Positions 37,154 to 46,433 of a DNA stretch of 64,000 nucleotides are shown here, in pieces (the first letter of the stretch is position 1; each line of letters opens with the position of its first letter). The notes below the pieces were generated by a model. The model saw only the letters and a program-made list of their open reading frames with translations. It had not been told where the DNA came from and did not search any database. Both the position numbers and the translations under genes were made by a program. Source of the stretch: a virus; IMG/VR virus record IMGVR_UViG_3300005518_000016, positions 7,077-71,076 of that record; one strand, given 5' to 3'.

Positions 37154-38018
37154 TGGTGATCGGGAGGATCCCCTTGAATTTGGTGTAGCCGATCCGGTGG
37201 GCCCGGTACCAGAAGGCCTGATCCCCCTTGGCCTCGGTCCAGCCGAAGTCGTCTTGGTACTCCAGTCGGGGCTGCAGGCTGGCCCACTGCTGATACCGCG
37301 GGTCCCCCACCGCCGTCTGTCCCCCGAGGTGTCGACAGCGGATTGGCAGCATCCAGACCTCCCAGCCTAACTGTTTGGCAAAGGCCCCCAGCATCCCGTC
37401 GTAGAAGTGGTGGATGACGCCCCAAGATTGCATCTGGGTGAAGAGGTTGCCCTCTCGCAGCCCGGGGTGAAACTGGGTCTCGGGGTTGATCGTCGGCCGG
37501 GGTTTACCCTGCCAGAACTCCCGCCGGCCAATCTGTGAGAACCCATCGAGGCACGCCACCCGGGTCGGCACGGTCACCCGCCGGCCATGATGCTCCGCGT
37601 CCACCATGTTGCTGATGAAGTCCTTCCGCGCCAGCTGCATCGGGTGGTAGGGCTTCTGGTAGAGATCCGGATCCCCCAGCCCCCTGCCCCCTCCAAATCC
37701 CACCAGCCCCACCGTCGGATGCTGGAGGAGGAAGGTATACACGGTGGGAGCCCACTGGGAATCATGGATCTCAAGGTCGTCATGGAGGCAGGCAATGATG
37801 TCTGCCCCCTCCTCAAGTGCCGCCTGCACCCCAATGGCAAAGGCCGGCACCGTGCCGAGGATCTCCGGGTGAGTGATCCACTTCGCCAGCGGCAGTTCAT
37901 GGCGGAGGGTGACCTCGCTGCCGTTGACTACCACAATGAGTCTGGTGTCGCCCCAACTCCGCAGGGTGGGGAGAGCCCGGATGGGATCGGTCGTCGCGGT
38001 GACGAGGACGGTGCTCAT
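37113..38018 (-). CDS. Glycosyltransferase, GT2-like (GT-A fold)
   Basis: LIVVVNGS, IIACLHDDL, VGLVGFGG, VACLDG, HHFYD motifs. Confidence 0.8.
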   Translation of the reverse strand: MSTVLVTATTDPIRALPTLRSWGDTRLIVVVNGSEVTLRHELPLAKWITHPEILGTVPAFAIGVQAALEEGADIIACLHDDLEIHDSQWAPTVYTFLLQHPTVGLVGFGGGRGLGDPDLYQKPYHPMQLARKDFISNMVDAEHHGRRVTVPTRVACLDGFSQIGRREFWQGKPRPTINPETQFHPGLREGNLFTQMQSWGVIHHFYDGMLGAFAKQLGWEVWMLPIRCRHLGGQTAVGDPRYQQWASLQPRLEYQDDFGWTEAKGDQAFWYRAHRIGYTKFKGILPITIEELEYHVTRNPF

Positions 38019-38146
38019 GTTCTCGGGACGATCTCCGCCCACACGATGTTGAGGATCTGCCACACCCAGTCTGGCCTCAGTGCGAGGGTGAGCAGTGACG
38101 GCAGCCAGAGGAGAATCAGCCTGTTCGTCCGTGGTGGTTGTTTCAT
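38015..38146 (-). CDS. Small hydrophobic hypothetical protein
   Basis: 43 aa, GGAGGT RBS, ATGA coupled on both sides. Confidence 0.45.
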   Translation of the reverse strand: MKQPPRTNRLILLWLPSLLTLALRPDWVWQILNIVWAEIVPRT

Positions 38147-39447
38147 GTGCGTACCTCCCTCTCTTGAATGAAGGTTCCTCGCCGGACCTCCAGCCCCTGC
38201 CGTACCCACGACTTCCATCTCGGCCACATTTGAGACCAGTGCAGGTGGGCTACGCTCCCCGCGCAGTAGGCCCTGGTGTAGGGCCGTCGCGCCGCATAGA
38301 TGGCCCGCTCTACCGCATCAGCGACCTCGGAGGGGTTAAACACTGGGCGTTGGAGGGCGTAGCAGCTTTCCAGTCTCCACGCCGACGGCTCGACCAGCCA
38401 CTCCGGGCAGGGGATCAAATCCACCCCGCCGCCGTACTTCCCATGGACCACCGGGGTGCCGCAGGCGAGACTCTCCACAATGGGGTAGCCGAAGCCCTCT
38501 CCTAATCCCGGGGCGATCGTCACCGTGGAGGCGGCATATCTAGCCGCGAGTTGGCTGTCTTGGAGGGCATCCCCGCGGGAGGTCGCCGTCACCAGCACAT
38601 CCCGCTTGTCCCAGCAGAAGTCGTGAGCCAGCTGCCCGATGTCCCACGCCTTGGTGAGGAGATCGGTATGGAGCCAGAGCTGGACCCGCTTCCACGGACC
38701 CACCCGCCGCTTCAGCTCGGCCAGGCTGGCGAAGAGGAGCCCCAGATCTTTTCTGGGCTGGTTGGTGGCGACACACCCTACCAGCAGAGCGTCGTCCGGA
38801 TCCGCCCATGCGACAAAGGGCCCATCGGCTTCTACGATTGGGGCGTCGGGCCTGAACACCGGTTCCAGCCCGTGGGGCAGGTGCTGGATGGCGGTCGAGC
38901 CCGTGTAGCCCGGGGTGTTCGCCAGCGTCCGCCCTAACACCCCGGCGCCGTAGGGTCCGTAGGCCAATCTCCGGTGCATCCGGGTGATAGCGTAGCCGGC
39001 GGGCCCCCCAATTATTCCTTGGGCGTTCTCGGCATCGATCGGCAGGTAGCCCCAGAGGTCCATCCCCGGCTCGGCGTCCGGGTCGGGTTGATCGTGGTGG
39101 TCGACGTCTGACACGGTGTAGGATTCCCGGGTGATGTCAAACAACCGGGCGGGATCGGTGATGGCCAGCACCACCGGGGTTTCTCCCTCCGCCTGCTCCA
39201 GCTCGGCGCAGACCTCGGCGAGCTCCCGCCGCCCATAGCCCTTGGGGGTTTCCTGAAATCCGTAGAAGTCCCAGCTCTGCCACTGCCAGCCGCCCGGCGG
39301 GTCGATCCCCACCTGGGCAACCCGGATCCCCAGATCCTCCTGCTCGGCGACGAGACGGGCACAGAGATCTCTGGCGATACGGGCCAGCCCGGAGGGGATT
39401 CTGGGCCCGTCGCCGAAGACGATCAGGGGGATCCGGATGCGGCTCAC
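38143..39447 (-). CDS. Glycosyltransferase, GT4 (GT-B fold)
   Basis: GDGP...SGLARIAR, LPHG, NQPRKD, GEGFGYPIVESLACGTPVV. Confidence 0.88.
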   Translation of the reverse strand: MSRIRIPLIVFGDGPRIPSGLARIARDLCARLVAEQEDLGIRVAQVGIDPPGGWQWQSWDFYGFQETPKGYGRRELAEVCAELEQAEGETPVVLAITDPARLFDITRESYTVSDVDHHDQPDPDAEPGMDLWGYLPIDAENAQGIIGGPAGYAITRMHRRLAYGPYGAGVLGRTLANTPGYTGSTAIQHLPHGLEPVFRPDAPIVEADGPFVAWADPDDALLVGCVATNQPRKDLGLLFASLAELKRRVGPWKRVQLWLHTDLLTKAWDIGQLAHDFCWDKRDVLVTATSRGDALQDSQLAARYAASTVTIAPGLGEGFGYPIVESLACGTPVVHGKYGGGVDLIPCPEWLVEPSAWRLESCYALQRPVFNPSEVADAVERAIYAARRPYTRAYCAGSVAHLHWSQMWPRWKSWVRQGLEVRRGTFIQEREVRT

Positions 39448-39462
39448 GGCTGTTGCTCCCTC

Positions 39463-39822
39463 CTAGACTCCTGCCGGTTCCAGGGCCTCCTCCGGCGTGA
39501 TCACCTCGGTGTCCGGCCCGGGATCCGGCAGCGGCATCTCCACAGGCGGGGTCGGCACCTTCTTCTTGGGCCCGGGCTTGCCCTTCACCTTGGCCTTGGC
39601 CGCTGGCTTGGCCTTCGCGGCGACCGGCACCGGTGCCACCGTAGCGCCTGCGGCAGCAGGCTTGGCCGACTTCTTGGCTCGGGCCTTGGCCTCAGCCGAT
39701 CGGGTCTTCCTGTCCCGAATGACCTCCTGCACCAGCGGGTAGGTCTCCGCCAGCACCTCCAGCGGGGTGGTGCGGAAGTATTCCAGCACCCTCGACAACG
39801 GACTCTGTGCACTGCGTGGCAT
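39463..39822 (-). CDS. Lys/Ala/Pro-rich basic protein (possible nucleoid/DNA-binding)
   Basis: Helical N-terminus plus a histone-H1-like AKAKPAAKAK tract. Confidence 0.5.
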   Translation of the reverse strand: MPRSAQSPLSRVLEYFRTTPLEVLAETYPLVQEVIRDRKTRSAEAKARAKKSAKPAAAGATVAPVPVAAKAKPAAKAKVKGKPGPKKKVPTPPVEMPLPDPGPDTEVITPEEALEPAGV

Positions 39823-39848
39823 ATTCCAGCCTCGTTCCTGATCCGGTC

Positions 39849-39908
39849 GTACCCCTATGGTACGTACCCTCTGTACAGTACAGGGTACAGTACTAGTACT
39901 AGGGGTAC
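39849..39908. repeat. GTAC array 2 (9 GTAC in 60 bp), intergenic
   Basis: Shares the identical 19-mer GTACTAGTACTAGGGGTAC (39890-39908) with array 1 (36583-36601). Confidence 0.9.
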
Positions 39909-39934
39909 CTAGAGGAATCTCGTGACGCTGCCCG

Positions 39935-40648
39935 CTACGGTCTAAAATTCCTCAGCCGGGGGAAGGCCCGTACCAGTGCCCCGCAGGGAATCCCGTCCTT
40001 GCCGCCGCAGACGATCCGCTCCGGGTAGATCAAGGGGCTGGAGGGATCCTCCGGGTTGGAATGCTCCTTGCCGATCTGCCCCGGTCTGGTCCCCATGTAG
40101 TAGCCGGCCCCGCACCCCTTGGTCCCCTCCACCACTTCCGTGCCGCCCTGGCCGTTGTCCACCCGGATGTCGTTCTTGGGGTTGCAGCGCCAAGTGAATT
40201 CCAGATCCGCTGTGAATTCCTTGCCGGCGAGGGACTGGATCGCGGTCTGGGCGTACTGCGGGTTGGTCTTGGGCGCCTTCTGCAGCTTGAGGACGTCGCG
40301 GAAGATCCAATCCAGATCTGACGCAAACTGGTCCGGCTCGCCCTTCCGCGCCCGGTTGAATTCCTGATTGGAGAGTCGGATGTTGAGGGACTCCCCGTTG
40401 TGGGTGCCACCGGGGGACTGGATGATCTCGAGGGCAAAGGCCCCATCGAACACCAGATTCAGCCTCGGGCCCTTCTCCGTGGTGATGGTGTCGAACACGG
40501 GGCTCGAGGCGTCGAAGGCCGGCACCTTGAACCGGTAGGTTCCAGGCTGGGGCAGCGGACCGAATGATCCGCGCTGATCCGGCATGTTGGCAAAGTCCAC
40601 TCCGCTGACCTGCTCGTTGGTGAGTCCTAAATCGCTCAATTTTGGCAC
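39935..40648 (-). CDS. Putative single-stranded DNA-binding protein (DUF669-like)
   Basis: FGPLPQPGTYRF motif; downstream of the Sak4-like ATPase; GAAGGAG RBS. Confidence 0.55.
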   Translation of the reverse strand: MPKLSDLGLTNEQVSGVDFANMPDQRGSFGPLPQPGTYRFKVPAFDASSPVFDTITTEKGPRLNLVFDGAFALEIIQSPGGTHNGESLNIRLSNQEFNRARKGEPDQFASDLDWIFRDVLKLQKAPKTNPQYAQTAIQSLAGKEFTADLEFTWRCNPKNDIRVDNGQGGTEVVEGTKGCGAGYYMGTRPGQIGKEHSNPEDPSSPLIYPERIVCGGKDGIPCGALVRAFPRLRNFRP

Positions 40649-41115
40649 GGGCGTATCTCCTTCTTGTGTCGTTGGTTGTAGGCTCTCGCGCGGAGTACGC
40701 CGCAGCTTCGGCATTGCCGTCGGCGACCGCAGGGGCCATGGACCCATTGGGTGTTGTGCTCGTCAAAGGGGTGCCCGCGTTGACACGCCTTCGCGGTGGC
40801 ACGGCTCCCTCGTCGGATGTTCTCCCGGCAGGTGACAGCCTCAAGGTGCGCCGGGTTGACACACTGAGGATTGCGACAGAGGTGATCCAGCTGGAGCCCG
40901 GCTGGAACGGGCCCCCTGAGTAGTTCGTACACCACCCGATAGACCATCATCGTGCGACCGTTCCAGTAGATCAGGCCACGCCCGTCAGCCATCCGGCTCG
41001 TATGGGTCCAGTTCCAGCACTCGTCGGGACCTCTCTTGTCCACCCGCGACCACAGCCGCTCGATCGGCCTGATCCCGTGCCAACAGATTCCCCGCCGAGG
41101 GCTCCCACCGGGCAT
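40636..41115 (-). mobile_element. HNH homing endonuclease (HNH_3-like) with C-terminal CxxGH...CxxC domain
   Basis: ECWNW, YRVVYE, LDHLCRNPQCVNPAHLEAVT..EN. Confidence 0.85.
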
Positions 41116-41127
41116 GACAATGACTCC

Positions 41128-42780
41128 TTACGTGGTTGAGGGTTTGGGCGGCGCCGCCAGAGGAGCGGGGCGTGCCACCGGGGGCGCCTGATTCGGACGA
41201 GCCACCGCCGGGGGCCGCGGGGCTGCGGCTGGTGGCCGTGGGACGGGGCCTGAGACGACGGGAGGCCGAGCCCCGGGTGGAGGCGCGACGCCCGCGGGAC
41301 GGGCGGCTGCGGGCGCTTGAGGAGGGCGTGGCGCGGGCGCCGCAGGCCGAGGGGCAGCCGGAGTCGGCGCGGCCTGACTCACGGGCGCAGGAGCCGCTGG
41401 CGCTTCAGGGACGGGCGCAGTAGGCACGGGAGCGGCGGGCTGGGCCACAGGCTGCGCCGCAGGCTGGGCCGCCGTGGGCTTGCTCACACGAGGGGCTCGA
41501 GCTCTGGGGGCTGCCGCGGGTGCTACGGCAGGCGTAGTAGCGACCGGTGCCACCACCGGCGGTCCAGCTGGGCCGTTGACCTTCCCGGGCTGCAGGGTCG
41601 CCGGAGCCGTCCCTGCCGCCGCAACCGCCGGGGCAGCAGGCATCCCGCCGTCCCCATACTCCATAATGTCCCCGGTGACCCCAGGGGCATCGGGGAACTG
41701 CAGCTTGGCCTGGGCCACCCCGCTCGTCAGGGCCTCATCGAGCATCCGGAACGCCAGCCCGAGATTGAATTGGGAGAAGGGATCCGATCCATTCGGGGGA
41801 TCGGCCAGCTTGTCGGGCATCGTCCCCGGGGCACCCCGATGCTTCAGCAGGTGCCGCCGCCCTTGGCCATCGGTGAACTCGCTGAGGAAGAGGACGAATT
41901 GCTCGCCGGCCCCGGTCTCGGCGGGGACCTTGGCGGTCTCCCAGCAGTTCCCCACCCACTGCCCGGCCTCATCGGTCTTGGCCCGGCCGGCGATCTTCGG
42001 CCCGACGATACTCAGGGCAGCATCATCGGTGGTCTCCATGGTCAGGGCGGTGAACACCGGCGGGACGAGCAGGCCAGGGATCCCCATGCTCAGATGGCAG
42101 AGTTCCTCGCCGCGGGTCTGGGCGAACCCCACATGGCTCCGGGTGACCCCGCCGAATTTCAGATCCCCTGAAATGACCTTCCCCCCGATCGCCCCCTCCT
42201 CCCCCTTCAGCTCCAGCCGGCCGGCCCGCTGCCCCAGCTCCATCATTTCCCAGCTGAGCATCGAGGTCAGGCCGTCGAAGAAACACCCACCCCGATCCTC
42301 GAATCCCTTGGAATGGGTCATCGTCGGCGTGATCACCATATTTTGTGTGGTGGTCATCACCCCGCAGGTCGGGCACTTCTGGGGGGTGAGCTGGGACTGG
42401 ATCACCACCGTCTTGAGGACATGCCCGTTGGGACAGGCCATCTGCAGCCGCTTGGCAATGGGCGGGACCATCTCCACGCCCGGTGACACCTCGCAGGTCT
42501 GCGGGTTGATCCGCCGCGGCCACCACCCCTGCGCGGCGCGGTAGCAGGTCTCGAAGGCCAGGCCGCCATCGCCGGGGTCTCTCGTCCGCATCCGGAAGCC
42601 CTTGATGAACCCCAGCGCGATCCCCTCCTGCACCTTGGCCGGGAACCCCCCGCCGTCGCAGTTGTAGTAGTAGAGGACCTTCTTGAAGGTCTCCCAGAGA
42701 TACTGGCCGAGGGTCCAGGCCAGCGAACTTTTACCGCTGCCGGTCGGGCCGATGATCAGGGTAGCCGAGTTGGTAGCCAT
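41128..42780 (-). CDS. Sak4/AAA_24-like P-loop ATPase (recombination) with Zn-ribbon insert and long Pro/Ala tail
   Basis: GPTGSGKSSL, FFDGLTS, GPKIAGRA; flanked by a nuclease and an SSB. Confidence 0.7.
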   Translation of the reverse strand: MATNSATLIIGPTGSGKSSLAWTLGQYLWETFKKVLYYYNCDGGGFPAKVQEGIALGFIKGFRMRTRDPGDGGLAFETCYRAAQGWWPRRINPQTCEVSPGVEMVPPIAKRLQMACPNGHVLKTVVIQSQLTPQKCPTCGVMTTTQNMVITPTMTHSKGFEDRGGCFFDGLTSMLSWEMMELGQRAGRLELKGEEGAIGGKVISGDLKFGGVTRSHVGFAQTRGEELCHLSMGIPGLLVPPVFTALTMETTDDAALSIVGPKIAGRAKTDEAGQWVGNCWETAKVPAETGAGEQFVLFLSEFTDGQGRRHLLKHRGAPGTMPDKLADPPNGSDPFSQFNLGLAFRMLDEALTSGVAQAKLQFPDAPGVTGDIMEYGDGGMPAAPAVAAAGTAPATLQPGKVNGPAGPPVVAPVATTPAVAPAAAPRARAPRVSKPTAAQPAAQPVAQPAAPVPTAPVPEAPAAPAPVSQAAPTPAAPRPAAPAPRPPQAPAAARPAGVAPPPGARPPVVSGPVPRPPAAAPRPPAVARPNQAPPVARPAPLAAPPKPSTT

Positions 42781-43004
42781 CAGTTCTCCTCTGCCGGTGG
42801 CAGCACGGGGGTGAGTCCGAGGCACTCGATCGGGATCCGGCATTCGTGGAAGGCGGCGACGTTGGCCTCCTCAACAATGCCGACCGCCTGGGTGCGGGTA
42901 TAGCGACCGGCCTGCTGGAGGTCGGGGGTGTACCCGAGGTGGTCTGGTCCCCACCAGGCATTGTGTTCGATCGACCAGATCAGGAATTCAGCAGCAGCCG
43001 GCAT
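42780..43004 (-). CDS. Hypothetical protein
   Basis: FLIWSIEHNAWWGP...GYT....AGRY pattern common in phages. Confidence 0.65.
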   Translation of the reverse strand: MPAAAEFLIWSIEHNAWWGPDHLGYTPDLQQAGRYTRTQAVGIVEEANVAAFHECRIPIECLGLTPVLPPAEEN

Positions 43005-43261
43005 TAGGTCTCCTTGTGGAGGAACGTCCGCACCGCGGCGTCTTTGCACTCCAGCAGCTTGCGGAGGCAGACGGTGCGCTCGGGGTTCCTCGGGTAGTGC
43101 TCCACGATGTCGTAGGCGAAGCGGCAGTAGGGCGCACTCACCACTGCGAGGTGATCGGGGAGGTGGGCGTACTGGAAGAATTGGAGCAGACGCTCCTGCG
43201 TCTCCAGCTTGGCCCGGCGATCCGCCGCAATCTGGTCGACGGCCTCGGGGTTAATCGGCAT
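43004..43261 (-). CDS. Small helical-hairpin protein, possibly Acb2/Tad1-like
   Basis: FFQYAHLPDHL...PRNPERTVCLRKLLECKDAAVR. The ORF is well supported; the family call is tentative. Confidence 0.5.
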   Translation of the reverse strand: MPINPEAVDQIAADRRAKLETQERLLQFFQYAHLPDHLAVVSAPYCRFAYDIVEHYPRNPERTVCLRKLLECKDAAVRTFLHKET

Positions 43262-44211
43262 CACATGTCTCCAATCGTCTGGGGCGGATTCTGACTCTCG
43301 TCCGTCTCGGGTTCGGGTTGCCAGTCCTTGGGGATCACGCTGAGGAGGGCCCGAGCCAGTCCGACACACTGTTGTGGGCTCAGATATTTGTCCCGTTCCA
43401 TCGACTCATCCTCGACCACGGTGGCAAACTGGTTGAGGGCCATGGCGAGGGTGTAGCCGACACGATAGTCGAGGTCGCAGGCATTCAGGATCCGTACAGC
43501 TTGGATGGCCTCGGGCAACTCGCTGAAGGATCGCTTGTCGGGGTCAGGCATGGGGGCAGTCTCCTTCTCCGGGGGGACAGGGGAGGTCACCCCTCCCGGT
43601 CTGGCCCAGCGAACAGGCTCAACCGGATCGAGATCCCACCCCATCGGGATATGTCGTTTCTCTGTCCGTTCACCCGGGACCACCTGACGGTCCTGACTCA
43701 GCCACACCCCCGGCTGCCGCCCCGCCATCCCGAGGAGATCCTCCTGCCGGCGGTCGACACCATCGATGATCGTGGCGGTGACCATCCCCTCGCCCAGATT
43801 CATGTACCCCACCAGGGATCGCCGGAGGGTGGCCTCGATCCACTCCCTAGAGCCGGTATACCGGATGAGTCGATAGGTGGTCTGGACCTCCTGCCCCTCT
43901 GGCAGCGTCAGCTTCGCCGACCGCTCCTGCCCCGGCGCACGCACAGGAGACCCCGCTTCCTTGGGGGCTGTCTGCGGCGCCACCGAGGCTACCCCCACCG
44001 GAGCGATCGGCGAACTTGGTGCAGCCGCTTTCCCTGCCACACCCGGTACCCCAGCCCCGCAGGCCGGACACCCCTGCTCGATCGGCGCATTGGCCGTCTC
44101 GTGCTTGGTGCCGCAGGCCGGGCAGTCCCACTGGAGGGCGAGGCCCAGGTGGGTCCCACCGCGGTAGTGGCGGGTGAACTCGCCGCCGGAGCGACCGGTT
44201 TCAACGGGCAT
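43261..44211 (-). CDS. Hypothetical protein with N-terminal zinc ribbon
   Basis: CPACG...CPACG. Confidence 0.6.
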   Translation of the reverse strand: MPVETGRSGGEFTRHYRGGTHLGLALQWDCPACGTKHETANAPIEQGCPACGAGVPGVAGKAAAPSSPIAPVGVASVAPQTAPKEAGSPVRAPGQERSAKLTLPEGQEVQTTYRLIRYTGSREWIEATLRRSLVGYMNLGEGMVTATIIDGVDRRQEDLLGMAGRQPGVWLSQDRQVVPGERTEKRHIPMGWDLDPVEPVRWARPGGVTSPVPPEKETAPMPDPDKRSFSELPEAIQAVRILNACDLDYRVGYTLAMALNQFATVVEDESMERDKYLSPQQCVGLARALLSVIPKDWQPEPETDESQNPPQTIGDM

Positions 44212-44344
44212 GGCGCAGCCGCCTCCAGGCCCGGGCCAGCAGGGACCAGTACCGCAGCCAGAACCACCAGCCGCGCAGCGTGCGGGGACGGCCCCCGATG
44301 GCGATCAACTGCCGCTCGGCGATGCGTTGGTATTCGCGGGTCAC
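44201..44344 (-). CDS. Small Trp/Arg-rich hypothetical peptide (47 aa, not in the ORF track)
   Basis: GTGA coupling to the HNH stop; MTREYQRIAERQ...WWFWLRYWSLLARAWRRLRHAR. Confidence 0.4.
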   Translation of the reverse strand: MTREYQRIAERQLIAIGGRPRTLRGWWFWLRYWSLLARAWRRLRHAR

Positions 44345-44907
44345 GCGATCCTCCGGTACGCCGCGTCGTACTCACGCTTGCAGGTTCGGCAGCGACGAGA
44401 AGATCCCTCAAAGCGAACGTTGGCCCCGCTCAGCAGATGTCCGTTCTTGCAGTGTGTAACCGGACCCTGCCGAACCGGGGTGTACACGGCACGGGCAGGA
44501 AGCCAGCCATGCTGGTAGATGCGCTCCCAGATTAGCTGGAGGGGTACACCGGTCAACTCGCTCCATTCGCACAGTAGGTGTGTCACCCCGTCGATCGTCA
44601 GAGGACGGAGGTTCGATTTGTTTCTGGCTTGTTCCTTCAGGGTGGCCCATCGCACGTTTCCGGGAACGTAGCTGCCGTTATAGTCAATACGATCAAGCGA
44701 GTGCGTTGGCGAGGGACGACGACCCATATCGGCAAGGAAGCATTCGTACTGCATCCACCGGAGGCACACGCCTATCCCTCGTCCACCATAGCGGGGAAAC
44801 AACCGATTCCGGGGATTAGTACACCGGTTCACCATCCCTCCCCAGATGCGATATTCCGCACTGGGGCGAGGACCACCGGCGGACTCACCGTGTCGGCGCT
44901 GCGTCAT
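44341..44907 (-). mobile_element. HNH-type homing endonuclease
   Basis: EYRIW..M..RCTNP...YGGRGI.VC.RW, SLDRID..GSY.PGNVRWAT; C-terminal HCKNGH...CRTC. Confidence 0.85.
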
Positions 44908-46433
44908 TCCAATTCCTCAGAAGTAACGCCCATTCCCTCGGCAGGAATCGGGATACCTCGCTCCTGCATTTGCAATAGTTCCGGAGCGTGATGTGGACGA
45001 CGGAGGATGTACTTCCCGCTTCCTATGGGTTGATCCCACCCCTCCCTCCGGAAACATACGTCTTCAAACTGACAGGCGTACTTCAGCCCGAACCTCCGAC
45101 ATTCATAGGAACGGGGGAAGTGCCGCTGCAGCAGGGACTGAAATCTCGGGTCGGGCCAGACCACCTCCCACCAGGCTGCGGCGCTATCCACCCCCTCGGC
45201 GATCGTGGAGGGACCCCCATCTCCGGGATAGGCCTCGCCGAGGATCGTCTGCCCCAGCTCGTACAGTTCCCACAGTCCCTGCTGGATCCGTCCCTCCTCC
45301 CCCTGACACTCCTCCAGGAATCCAGGGACCATGATCTCCTGTCTGGAGTAAGGCCCCAGGAGGACCAGCTGCTTCCGCCGCACCTCGCTCGGCAGCCACT
45401 TGGCCCAGTACTCCGCCTTGGACTCGACCTCTGGGGTCAAGACACCGTCAGGAAGTTCCCAGATCGGCGCCTTCTTCCAGACCTTACCCAGCCGCCGGTT
45501 CACCACCTGCCCGCTCTTCTCGTCCAGCTCCTGCCACTGGTACTGCGCCGCCCACTCCTCCCGTTCCATCGGGGGGTTGGCCGGCTTGCGGTAGGCGTAG
45601 CAGAAGATCGAATTCTGCCGGTCGGGGCCCACATCATATTTCCCGCTCTCGGGGTTGTACTCCTGCCCGCGCTTCCCTTTCAGGAGCCCATGGACATAGA
45701 TCGACTGGATCGGTTTCCCGTACCGCCGCTCGGCGTCGAGGGTGGCGGCAAACATCTGGATCATCACTTCCCACTTATCCCTGAAGGAGGGGCCGTCCTG
45801 CCCGGTGCCCTTGAATTCGTGGTACTCGAGCTCCCTGGTCTCCCAGGTCTCGAGGATGAAGTCGGGTTTGCACATCCACCCGATGCCGTGGCAATCGCGG
45901 GCCTCGTGATCGGCCTTGGACCCCACCCCGTCGCTGAGCCCGCAGGTACACCCAAATACGTAGGTGTCGTCATGCTCCACTTCGAGGATCCGACCGCGAC
46001 GCAGGACCTCCGGGAGGACTTCGAGAATCCACGCCCAAGTGAGCCCTTCGATCAAGTAGTTCTGCTCGGTGAGGAGCTGCTGGATCGCCGGCTGGTCGGC
46101 CATGTAGGCGAAGCCTCTCGCGGCCACCTGCTGGTAGTAGGCGGATTGGGCGGACTGGATCGCCCCGCGGACCACCACGCTCGGCACGCAGGGACTGTTG
46201 AGGAGATGCCCCTCGGTATCTTCTATGGACTGGAGGTGATCCTGACACCACTCCAAGACCGTAGCCAGCGCGGCGTGATAGGCCGTGCCGGTCGCCAGGG
46301 GGAATCTGGTCCCCTTCATCTGGATCCCATAGCCGTGCGGGCCGATGTGGTAGTTCAACACCCGCGAGTGCAGGCAGAAGCCACGGCCGTCGGCGACGCG
46401 GGAGCGGTCGATGAGCCAGAGGATGCTACTCAT
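44904..46433 (-). CDS. PD-(D/E)xK (Cas4/RecB-like) exonuclease
   Basis: TGTAYH, ILEVE, KPDFI...HEFKGT, Q...A, C-terminal C...C.FEDVC. Confidence 0.7.
   Translation of the reverse strand: MSSILWLIDRSRVADGRGFCLHSRVLNYHIGPHGYGIQMKGTRFPLATGTAYHAALATVLEWCQDHLQSIEDTEGHLLNSPCVPSVVVRGAIQSAQSAYYQQVAARGFAYMADQPAIQQLLTEQNYLIEGLTWAWILEVLPEVLRRGRILEVEHDDTYVFGCTCGLSDGVGSKADHEARDCHGIGWMCKPDFILETWETRELEYHEFKGTGQDGPSFRDKWEVMIQMFAATLDAERRYGKPIQSIYVHGLLKGKRGQEYNPESGKYDVGPDRQNSIFCYAYRKPANPPMEREEWAAQYQWQELDEKSGQVVNRRLGKVWKKAPIWELPDGVLTPEVESKAEYWAKWLPSEVRRKQLVLLGPYSRQEIMVPGFLEECQGEEGRIQQGLWELYELGQTILGEAYPGDGGPSTIAEGVDSAAAWWEVVWPDPRFQSLLQRHFPRSYECRRFGLKYACQFEDVCFRREGWDQPIGSGKYILRRPHHAPELLQMQERGIPIPAEGMGVTSEELE

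Noticed and set aside
27097-39447. Known hmC/hmU/7-deazaguanine DNA hypermodification pathway
   Set aside because: No hydroxymethylase, TET/JBP, aGPT-Pplase or dpdA/que genes recognised, so it cannot be assigned to a known pathway.
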